Shown here: piece by piece, positions 56,229 to 64,000 of the stretch
Layout: each line of letters begins with the position of its first letter
Numbering within the stretch: the stretch's first letter is position 1
DNA from: a virus
Length of the DNA: 64,000 bases
Virus record (IMG/VR): IMGVR_UViG_3300026097_000009
Location: 64,001 to 128,000 of that record
Strand: one strand, 5' to 3'
Made by a program: the position numbers and the translations under genes
Notes under the pieces: model-generated
Database searches by the model: none
Told to the model about the DNA's origin: nothing
The model's input: the letters and a program-made list of their open reading frames with translations, nothing else

Positions 56229-58028
56229 ATGGCATATATTATAAACAAATATAATGGAGAAATTTTAGTTTCATTACAAGATGGAACTTTAGACAATAGC
56301 ACAAGTTTAGGGTTGCTCGGCAGAAACTATACAGGCTATGGAGAAACCCAGAACGAAAACTTCCTGTTTCTCTTAGAAAATTTTGCAAACGACACTGCTC
56401 CTCTGCGTCCGTTAGCTGGCCAGTTGTGGTATGATACAACAAATGATGTTTTAAAAGTATACGACGAAGCATGGTCTGTTGTAGGCTCGGCAATTGTTGG
56501 CACTGAACTTCCAGATACCGCAGTTAACGGAAGTTTGTTTTTAAAAAACAACGAGGAAAAACAGTTTTATGTTTATGCCGATAATGACTGGCAACTTATT
56601 GGGCCGAGTTTTGTTGAAGGGTTTGGTGTAACAAGAGATGTAGGGTTATCTATTGTAGATACTCAGGGTGTTTCACACCCTGCTATATTAAGAATTGTCG
56701 ATAATATTGTTATTAGTATAACATCTAGCGATGATTTTTCTTTTAGATATGCAGATCAAGACAGTATTTCTGTAACAGGAAATCAAAATTTGGTTAGATC
56801 TATATCTCAAGGAATTAATGTTGTTGAATCTAATTATCCGTTTGTAGGCAATCTTCAAGGAACGGCGCAGTTTGCTGACCAATTAAAAACTCCCAGAAGT
56901 ATCAATGGTGTTCAATTCGATGGAACACAGGATATAACGATCTCCTCGGCAACAACTAATTCACTCATTGCTGGAGATTATATATCAGGAAACAGCTTTG
57001 ACGGATCGAGCGATGCTACATGGAGCGTTTTTGCTACACCTAACAATACTGTAGGTGCTATTGTAGCGAGAGATAATTCAGGGAACTTCACTGCCAACGA
57101 AATCACTGCCGATCTTGTAGGGGATGTTACAGGAAATATTACTGCATCGTCTGGAACAAGCACGTTCAACCGCTTAGAAGCTAACGAAATTGTAGGATTG
57201 ACTTTTTCAGGAAACTCTTTTACTGCACAAAAACTTCAAACAGCTAGAAAAATAAATGGTGTAGATTTTGATGGCACAACAGATATTACTGTTCCTGCAA
57301 GTGCTAATACATTAACAGGAAATACACTTGCTTCTGGAGTAACAGAAAGTAATTTACAAACATTAGGAACAATCTCCAGCTTAGATATCGGTACAACTGG
57401 AATAAATGTTAACAATTTAATGACAATATCTGCCAATGATACACCTACAGTTTCGGCAGATTCAGAAATTGATCTAACAATAGGTATTAATTCTCCTCTT
57501 AAATTAGTCGATGGAGATAAAGCATCGATTCTAGGCGGAGATGACGTTTTAACTTTATATTCTCAGTCTATAAATATTGGAATTCCTTCGGTTCCTATTA
57601 AAAAAATATACGCTAATGAGTTAAATGGTGTTGCCTCAAGCGCACAGTATGCCGATTTAGCAGAAAACTATGAATCGGATTTAGAATATCAACCAGGGAC
57701 TGTTGTTATTTTCGGAGGATCGCATCAAATAACACACAGTGTTAAATCGAATGACCATAGGGTAGCTGGAGTTGTATCCGAAAACCCTGCATACTTAATG
57801 AATCGCGATGCTGTTGGAACACATGTTCTTCCGATAGCACTACAAGGTTTAGTTTCTTGTAAAGTTGTAGGCCGTGCGAAAAAAGGTGATTTATTGGTAA
57901 CAAGTCATTTACAAGGAATAGCAACAGTAAATAATACTCCGTTGCCCGGAACCATTATAGGGAAGGCAATCGAAGATAAAAGTAACGACGGTGTAGATAC
58001 AGTTATGATCGTTGTGGGCAAACACTAA
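56229..58028 (+). CDS. Tail fibre (paralogue 3) with C-terminal intramolecular-chaperone-like domain
   Basis: Shared N-terminal module; two L.T.R.INGV.FDGT.DIT repeats; YADLAENY...GVVS..PAYLMN...ALQG.V.CKV. Confidence 0.8.
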   Translation: MAYIINKYNGEILVSLQDGTLDNSTSLGLLGRNYTGYGETQNENFLFLLENFANDTAPLRPLAGQLWYDTTNDVLKVYDEAWSVVGSAIVGTELPDTAVNGSLFLKNNEEKQFYVYADNDWQLIGPSFVEGFGVTRDVGLSIVDTQGVSHPAILRIVDNIVISITSSDDFSFRYADQDSISVTGNQNLVRSISQGINVVESNYPFVGNLQGTAQFADQLKTPRSINGVQFDGTQDITISSATTNSLIAGDYISGNSFDGSSDATWSVFATPNNTVGAIVARDNSGNFTANEITADLVGDVTGNITASSGTSTFNRLEANEIVGLTFSGNSFTAQKLQTARKINGVDFDGTTDITVPASANTLTGNTLASGVTESNLQTLGTISSLDIGTTGINVNNLMTISANDTPTVSADSEIDLTIGINSPLKLVDGDKASILGGDDVLTLYSQSINIGIPSVPIKKIYANELNGVASSAQYADLAENYESDLEYQPGTVVIFGGSHQITHSVKSNDHRVAGVVSENPAYLMNRDAVGTHVLPIALQGLVSCKVVGRAKKGDLLVTSHLQGIATVNNTPLPGTIIGKAIEDKSNDGVDTVMIVVGKH

Positions 58029-58034
58029 TAAATA
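58028..58034 (+). promoter_or_regulatory. Late promoter
   Basis: ATAAATA then GGAG SD before 58056. Confidence 0.55.
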
Positions 58035-58055
58035 CATAGTTAATGGAGCACTTAA

Positions 58056-59807
58056 ATGGCATATAGAGTTGATAAATTTAACGGTACGTTTTTAACATCA
58101 GTAGATGACGGAACGATCGATACTACTACCGACATAAGATTTGTTGGTAAGAACTATGCAGGCTACGGCGAAGTTCAAAACGAAAACTTTCTTCATCTTT
58201 TAGAAAATTTTGCCAATACTTCTGCTCCGCCTAAAGCTATTACAGGTCAGCTGTGGTACGATACGACAAATAAGCAGTTAAAGTTTTATGATGGTACACA
58301 GTTTAGAGCAGGATCAGGAACAGAAGTAAGTGATACTGCTCCTTCCGGATTAGCAACTGGCGATCTTTGGTTTGATTCTAGTGCAGATCAACTGTATGTT
58401 TGGACAGGAACAGAATTTGTATTGGTTGGCCCTGAGTCGACCCCGGAATTAGGTAATACTACATTCCTTGGACAGGTTGTTAAAGATGACCAAGGCTCTA
58501 ACCGAACATTAGGTAGATTGATTATTGGAGATCAAACGGTTGCTGTAGTAAGTAAAGATTCATTTACTTTAGATAGTTCATTGAATCCGATTGCTGGTTT
58601 TACTTATATACAGCAAGGTATAACATTAATTAACAGTGCTTCAGGCGACACTACTTCTTCGCACAAATTTTACGGAACCGCAAGTAACGCAGAGTCATTA
58701 AACGGATTCACAGAGGATTCTTTTGTTAAAACCGGCAACGAATCGTTCGCTACTGTGGTTACTTTTTCAGACAGCGGGTTTACTGTAGGTGGAGTAGAAA
58801 AAGATTTATTAATTTTTATTGATGGCGGCGACGATGCTACTATTCGAAATCAGCTAGGTAAATCTATTTTCATGCAGGTAAAAGTCGGAGATCAAGATAT
58901 TCGTACACCTGCAAAATTTACTTCTACATCTATGGAGCCTGGTACTAACAATTTTTATGATCTAGGCGCAGTGAGCAATGTTTGGAAAACTGTCTATGCA
59001 AATTCTATAGTAGGTGATCTTACAGGAAACGTAACTGGAAATACTACTGGCATACATAAAGGTAATATCAGAGCAAATGATAATTCTGTAATGCTAGACG
59101 CAGATACTAAAACGTTTAGCGGAAGTTTCGCCGGAACACTAACAGGGACAGTAATTGGAGAGTTAGTCGGAACTGCTAACAATTCAGTGACATTAGGTGG
59201 CTTAAGCGCCGACGCCAGCGCAACAGCAAACACAGTAGCTATCCGAGATAACGATGGTAACATTACTGCTAATCAATTCGAAGGAGTATCAGATAAAACT
59301 GATAGGGTAAGAATAAATGATTCAGCAAATGACTCTGATCCGAATTATAGAAGTGCAAAAACCACTGCTTCTGCTTTAACAATTGCCGCAAGAAATTCCT
59401 CAGGAGATCTATTCGCAAATATTTTTAGAGGAACAGCAACCAGTGCTAGATTTGCAGATCTAGCAGAAATTTATTCTACTGAAACTGAATTAAAAACTGG
59501 AACTATTGTAGCAGTTAGCGCAGATGAAGATTATGAAGTATGCGAAGCAATGCATACTGATGTTCCGATAGGAGTTATTTCTGCAAATCCTGCTTATCTA
59601 ATGAACAGTGAAGCAGAAGGACAAGCTGTTGCTCTAAAAGGAAGAGTACCGGTAAGGATTAAAGGATCCGTCAGAAAAGGAGATAAAGTCTTTCTTGATG
59701 GCAATGGAATAGGTTCTTGCTTAAATACAGGCGACTTAATAGGTATTGCATTAGAATCTAATGATAATTCGGATGAAAAGCTTGTTGAATGTGTTTTGAA
59801 GGTATAA
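58056..59807 (+). CDS. Tail fibre (paralogue 4) with C-terminal intramolecular-chaperone-like domain
   Basis: Shared N-terminal module; FADLAEIY...GVIS.NPAYLMN...ALKGRVPV. Confidence 0.8.
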   Translation: MAYRVDKFNGTFLTSVDDGTIDTTTDIRFVGKNYAGYGEVQNENFLHLLENFANTSAPPKAITGQLWYDTTNKQLKFYDGTQFRAGSGTEVSDTAPSGLATGDLWFDSSADQLYVWTGTEFVLVGPESTPELGNTTFLGQVVKDDQGSNRTLGRLIIGDQTVAVVSKDSFTLDSSLNPIAGFTYIQQGITLINSASGDTTSSHKFYGTASNAESLNGFTEDSFVKTGNESFATVVTFSDSGFTVGGVEKDLLIFIDGGDDATIRNQLGKSIFMQVKVGDQDIRTPAKFTSTSMEPGTNNFYDLGAVSNVWKTVYANSIVGDLTGNVTGNTTGIHKGNIRANDNSVMLDADTKTFSGSFAGTLTGTVIGELVGTANNSVTLGGLSADASATANTVAIRDNDGNITANQFEGVSDKTDRVRINDSANDSDPNYRSAKTTASALTIAARNSSGDLFANIFRGTATSARFADLAEIYSTETELKTGTIVAVSADEDYEVCEAMHTDVPIGVISANPAYLMNSEAEGQAVALKGRVPVRIKGSVRKGDKVFLDGNGIGSCLNTGDLIGIALESNDNSDEKLVECVLKV

Positions 59808-59810
59808 ATT

Positions 59811-60764
59811 ATGGCAATAGGTGATAGAATAACCGCCGCAGAATATAATAGAATTAGAAATAAAGCGGCAAAAATACTCGGTGAAGGAACTGGTAACTTT
59901 GGATGGGGACAAACTGTTCAGAGTTCCACAGTATCAGCGGGTGAACTAATTACAGAAGAGCAGTTTGACAATTTAAGATTTGATATATTTAATATTCTTA
60001 AACATATCGATGGAGTAGATCCTGTTATTACTAATATTTCAGACGGAGATATTATTGCATTCGGAGCTACCGAACCGGTAGAGCAATATGAAACTCTTGT
60101 TGATACTGCAACGTTGAATAGATTTAACTTAGGTACAGGAAATTTTGATACAATTGTTAATCAAACAGGAGCCGCTGTAGATTTTGATCCGTCCCCTTGG
60201 TCTAACGCTATAGTTTCGGCTACTACTGTTGGTTTTACATCTGCAACAGAAGCTAGATATTTTTGGAACTCTGGAGGAAAGTTACGTTTCGATCCCGAAA
60301 GACCCAAGCAAGTGGGCGATTCAGACCAAGAAGACCAGTGGTCAGAGTTTCTTGACGGGTTAGGATTTGTAGTGTTTGATGAAGAAAATTCGGATACAAG
60401 GGTAACACTAGGACCTTACGATCTAACAAACACTTATCAAACAGTTTTTCAAGAATTTAATACCAGTACATATGCGGCCAACAGTTGGAAAATTGAAGCA
60501 AGGGTAAACACCCCTACAAATGCAAACGGAGAAGCAGACACTTTCTTCTTCCAATACACGTGGTCAGATGCTTATACAGATCCCGACTTAATAGACGGAA
60601 GACCGGATACTTATGTGCTCCCAGCAGATGAAGTCGGAGGAACTTTTTCGATTCAAGTAGACGAAATACTACCGTCCGGAACATTACAACCTGCTCCTGC
60701 AACAGGAGATTTTTTAATACTCGGACCGAATTCCTATTCTACAACCACAATAGTCGGAACGTAA
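59811..60764 (+). CDS. Virion structural protein
   Basis: 317 aa; I.A..YN.IR...LG.G.G..GWGQ, ARYFWNSGG.LRF. Confidence 0.65.
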   Translation: MAIGDRITAAEYNRIRNKAAKILGEGTGNFGWGQTVQSSTVSAGELITEEQFDNLRFDIFNILKHIDGVDPVITNISDGDIIAFGATEPVEQYETLVDTATLNRFNLGTGNFDTIVNQTGAAVDFDPSPWSNAIVSATTVGFTSATEARYFWNSGGKLRFDPERPKQVGDSDQEDQWSEFLDGLGFVVFDEENSDTRVTLGPYDLTNTYQTVFQEFNTSTYAANSWKIEARVNTPTNANGEADTFFFQYTWSDAYTDPDLIDGRPDTYVLPADEVGGTFSIQVDEILPSGTLQPAPATGDFLILGPNSYSTTTIVGT

Positions 60765-60773
60765 CTTAAACAG

Positions 60774-60802
60774 TTGACTCACCCATAAATATGTGCTAAT
60801 AT
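60774..60802 (+). promoter_or_regulatory. Sigma70-like promoter with a nested late promoter
   Basis: TTGACT-17 nt-TAATAT with TG extension; ATAAATA at 60785-60791 inside the spacer. Confidence 0.55.
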
Positions 60803-60822
60803 AATACAAAAGGTACATATTT

Positions 60823-61173
60823 ATGGATCCACGCTTTGAAAAAGCTCTTGATTTTGCAAACTATCAAAAAACTCTAACAGTTCAAAAAGAAACACTAAAA
60901 GAAAAAACCATTAAAAAGATGCTAATCGGCTATAACGGTGGACTATTTTCTGTTGATCGTAATTTAATGTGTTTTGTTAAAATGTTAGTTGACTCAGACA
61001 GAATCAAAGATATTCCACTTCTAGATTTAAATGATAATCCAATATTAATTGAAGATTTAATCGATTTTTGGGAAACAATTTTAGATAATTATCTTCAAAA
61101 TATGAACGATTATTATAAAGGGTACGAAGATTTAAAAAAACAAAGATCGGTAGCAAAAATTATCGAATCATGA
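60823..61173 (+). CDS. Hypothetical protein
   Basis: 116-aa ORF, first gene of an overlap-coupled cluster. Confidence 0.7.
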   Translation: MDPRFEKALDFANYQKTLTVQKETLKEKTIKKMLIGYNGGLFSVDRNLMCFVKMLVDSDRIKDIPLLDLNDNPILIEDLIDFWETILDNYLQNMNDYYKGYEDLKKQRSVAKIIES

Positions 61174-62015
61174 AGCAAGGAATACTTTTATACGCACATA
61201 ATAGTCGAGAGGTTGACTATGTAAAAATTGCTACATTAGCTGGTAGTCTTGCATCAAAAAATCTTCAAAAAAATGTTTCAATTATAACAGACTCCGCCAG
61301 TTTAGAATACGCTAAGACGCAAAGTTACTACAATACTTTTGAAAATGTTTTTGAACATGTAGTTTTGACCGATATCGAATATGATAAAAACTTCAGAAAT
61401 TTAGCTGATGGCCCTGATTCTAAAAAAGTTCCTTTTATAAATCATAATAGACCAAATGTTTATGATTTAACACCTTACGATCAGACTTTATTAATTGATG
61501 CTGATTTTTTAATTTTTACAGATCAGTTAAACAAATATTTTGATATCGGTTCCGAATTAATTTTATGTGATAGTGTGTACGATATTGGTAATAGACTAAA
61601 ATACGAAGATAACTACATTTCGCAGACTGGTCCTAAAATGTATTGGGCTACCTGCATACTCTTTAGTAAAACCGAATACACTAAAACATTTTTTGAATTG
61701 TCTAAATACATTCAAGAAAATTATAGCCATTTTGCGAATATTTACAACTATAATCCTAACATGTATAGAAATGACGTTTGTATAAGCATTGCTAAACATA
61801 TATTAGACGATTTTCAAAATAACGATAGCGGCTGTTTTGATAATTTATTTTTAACTATTGACAAAGATGTATTATTAAAAAAAGAACAAGACAACTTGGT
61901 TTTTATTTTAAGTTACCCTACAGACAATTACGTTGCTTGCACACTTAACGAAGTGGATATACACATAATGAACAAACAGAGTATTTTGAGGAATTTTGAT
62001 AATTTAATACAATGA
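61170..62015 (+). CDS. GT-A fold glycosyltransferase-like protein
   Basis: YDLTPYDQTLLIDADF (DxD), RND motif. Confidence 0.65.
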   Translation: MKQGILLYAHNSREVDYVKIATLAGSLASKNLQKNVSIITDSASLEYAKTQSYYNTFENVFEHVVLTDIEYDKNFRNLADGPDSKKVPFINHNRPNVYDLTPYDQTLLIDADFLIFTDQLNKYFDIGSELILCDSVYDIGNRLKYEDNYISQTGPKMYWATCILFSKTEYTKTFFELSKYIQENYSHFANIYNYNPNMYRNDVCISIAKHILDDFQNNDSGCFDNLFLTIDKDVLLKKEQDNLVFILSYPTDNYVACTLNEVDIHIMNKQSILRNFDNLIQ

Positions 62016-62848
62016 ATTTTGGATATTTAATTTTTGTAAAAACATCAGATAATGCTGATTATATTAAATTGGCCTATACTCTAGCTATGAGCATAAAACT
62101 GACACAGCCGGAAGGGTACAACGCTGTAGCTCTGGCTATTGACGATTTATCTGAATTAAAAAATGTAAAATCTCCTTGGGTCTTTGACGAAGTATATGAA
62201 GTTTCGTTGTTTAGTGGATGGGATAACAGGTCTTTAATGTATGATATTAGCCCTTGGGAGTATACAGTTTGCTTAGACGCAGATATGCTGTTTACTCGAG
62301 ATATCAGCCATATAATAAAATATTATGCTTCTTTATACGATATCGGACTTCCTGGACAGGTTTACAATTATAAGGGAGTTGTTGCCGATGACTCGTATTT
62401 TAGAAAAGCACAAAAACAAAATAATTTTCCGTCAGTATATACACTATTTTCTTTTTTTAAAAAATGCCAAGATAATGAAAATTTTTTCGATTTGGTAAAA
62501 AATATTACAGAAAATCAAGAACCATATAAAAACTTATTTTTAGAAAAATTTAAGCCTCAGGTATTAGGAACAGACGAAATTTTTGGATTAGCTTCGTACT
62601 TGTTGGATTATTCAATAATTTTTAAAGATGATTATATAAAAGTTTTACATATGAAAGGACAGATACAAGGCTGGCCCGGAAGTGAATCTAGAGTTTCGAA
62701 CAGGGTGGGATTTTATATTGATGTCGATACCGAGATAAAAATAGGGACATATAAACAAAATAGTATTGTGCATTATGTTGAAAAAGATTTAATTACGGAC
62801 GAAATTGTCAGTCTTTATGAAAATAAAATGTGGGAATTAGATGTTTGA
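62012..62848 (+). CDS. GT-A fold glycosyltransferase-like protein (paralogue)
   Basis: LAMSIK, YDISPWEYTVCLDADMLF (DxD), GTDE, HMK, HYVEK. Confidence 0.65.
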   Translation: MNFGYLIFVKTSDNADYIKLAYTLAMSIKLTQPEGYNAVALAIDDLSELKNVKSPWVFDEVYEVSLFSGWDNRSLMYDISPWEYTVCLDADMLFTRDISHIIKYYASLYDIGLPGQVYNYKGVVADDSYFRKAQKQNNFPSVYTLFSFFKKCQDNENFFDLVKNITENQEPYKNLFLEKFKPQVLGTDEIFGLASYLLDYSIIFKDDYIKVLHMKGQIQGWPGSESRVSNRVGFYIDVDTEIKIGTYKQNSIVHYVEKDLITDEIVSLYENKMWELDV

Positions 62849-63386
62849 AAATTTATCGATCGATGCATCGAACAAATCGTTTTGTGTAGGGTATGATCCT
62901 GCTAATGGAAAAATATTAGGAATATTCCGAGAGAATAGCAGAAATAAAACCGATTTTGTAATCAGTATTGATGACGAAATTGCAGATAGATTTAATTGTG
63001 GAGAATTTAATCCTTCGAAGTTTGTAGTTGATATTAAATCTAAAAAACTTAGAAGTTTAGAAAATAAAATTCAGGATTATAACGATGTATTATTGCGTGT
63101 TCCGCTCTTAGAATATATTGAAAATCCTGAATGTGTAGTTACATTCGATTCTGCAGAGAATACATTGGAGTTTAATTTAAATACCCAGTTCGAGTATCCG
63201 GATCATGTAACCACAGTTTTTTACCTTACTAAGTACAACGATCCTACAATTTTTTATGAAATTGTTGAATTGTCCGTAAAACAAATTAGAAGAAATAGCA
63301 AAATTAAAATTAAATCTAGTTTTGATAATCAAATTAGTTTTTTTACAAAAAAACTTTTTCACAGTTATGGTTTAGAAATAAAATGA
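62841..63386 (+). CDS. Hypothetical protein in the glycosyltransferase cluster
   Basis: 181-aa ORF overlapping both neighbours. Confidence 0.65.
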   Translation: MFENLSIDASNKSFCVGYDPANGKILGIFRENSRNKTDFVISIDDEIADRFNCGEFNPSKFVVDIKSKKLRSLENKIQDYNDVLLRVPLLEYIENPECVVTFDSAENTLEFNLNTQFEYPDHVTTVFYLTKYNDPTIFYEIVELSVKQIRRNSKIKIKSSFDNQISFFTKKLFHSYGLEIK

Positions 63387-64000
63387 AAGTATTAGAATTG
63401 GACATTATCTTTTTAAGTTATGACGAACCGAATGCAGATCTGCACTATGCAGATTTGTGTTCAAAGGTTCCATGGGCAAAACGTGTTCACGGTGTTAAAG
63501 GATCCGATGCCGCACACAAAGCCGCCGCACATCATAGCGAAACAGATTGGTTTATTACTGTAGATGCAGACAACATAGTAGATAGATCTTTTTTTGATCT
63601 TGATATAGATGTCGATAACCCTGCCATCCAAGTATATGGGTGGTGCGGCCGTAATGCAATCAATGGCCTTCGCTATGGCAACGGAGGTTTAAAAATCTGG
63701 AAAAAAGATTTTGTTTTGAATATGAAAACACACGAATCCGCTGAAGAAGATAGAGCCCAAGTTGATTTTTGCTGGGAAGATGGATATCAAAATTTTCCAA
63801 AAACTTATAGCGAAAGCATTGTTAACGGTAGCCCATTTCAAGCCTGGAGAGCAGGATTCCGCGAAGGCGTTAAAATGACACTACTTGATGGAATTAAAAT
63901 AGATAAAAATGAAGTGACCAAAAGGATTTGGTGGCACAACATACATAGATTGAAAATATGGAGCACCGTCGGTAGTCATGTAGAAAATGGAAAATATGCT
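63383..64000 (+). CDS. GT2-like glycosyltransferase (truncated by window end)
   Basis: Not in the ORF track. ATGA-coupled ATG at 63383; MKVLELDIIFLSYDEPNAD...RVHGVKGSDAAHKAAA...WFITVDADN...NGLRYGNGGLKIW. Confidence 0.7.
   Translation, partial: MKVLELDIIFLSYDEPNADLHYADLCSKVPWAKRVHGVKGSDAAHKAAAHHSETDWFITVDADNIVDRSFFDLDIDVDNPAIQVYGWCGRNAINGLRYGNGGLKIWKKDFVLNMKTHESAEEDRAQVDFCWEDGYQNFPKTYSESIVNGSPFQAWRAGFREGVKMTLLDGIKIDKNEVTKRIWWHNIHRLKIWSTVGSHVENGKYA

Noticed and set aside
57640-59807. DGR-like template/variable repeat pair in fibre C-termini
   Set aside because: Similarity is protein-level paralogy, not adenine-specific mismatch; no reverse transcriptase in the window
590-63362. Numerous 60-196 aa antisense or nested ORFs in the track
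   Set aside because: Shadows of the real genes on the opposite strand or frame; no SD or family motifs
1-64000. Stop-codon reassignment
   Set aside because: Very long ORFs and near-complete coding density under the standard code; TAA, TAG and TGA all terminate genes

Overview
64 kb segment of a large T4-superfamily (jumbo myovirus-like) phage genome, AT-rich, standard genetic code, almost fully coding. Left arm (- strand, 1-21.7 kb): tape-measure-like gene, portal (gp20), an MptE/Maf-like gene, prohead core/scaffolds, prohead protease (gp21), major capsid (gp23), then a run of accessory virion/fibre genes including two with ~55-aa carbohydrate-binding-like repeats. Centre (21.7-28.3 kb): a gp26-like gene with a candidate -1 frameshift into a gp51-like extension, and an opposite-strand island gp55 (late sigma) - gp47 - gp46 - Hc1-like - minimal GIY-YIG nuclease, followed by a ~480-nt non-coding, densely base-paired, pseudoknotted element. 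Right arm (+ strand, 28.3-64 kb): baseplate operon (tube initiator, gp53, hub, gp5, gp25, gp6, a 4650-aa giant), four paralogous tail fibres and a glycosyltransferase cluster. T4-type late promoters (T/A)TAAATA precede most operons, and several appear to produce leaderless mRNAs. The best candidate for an undescribed system is the GIY-YIG gene plus the large structured RNA/origin-like element at 23431-24366. All family calls come from motif recognition by eye, not from database searches.
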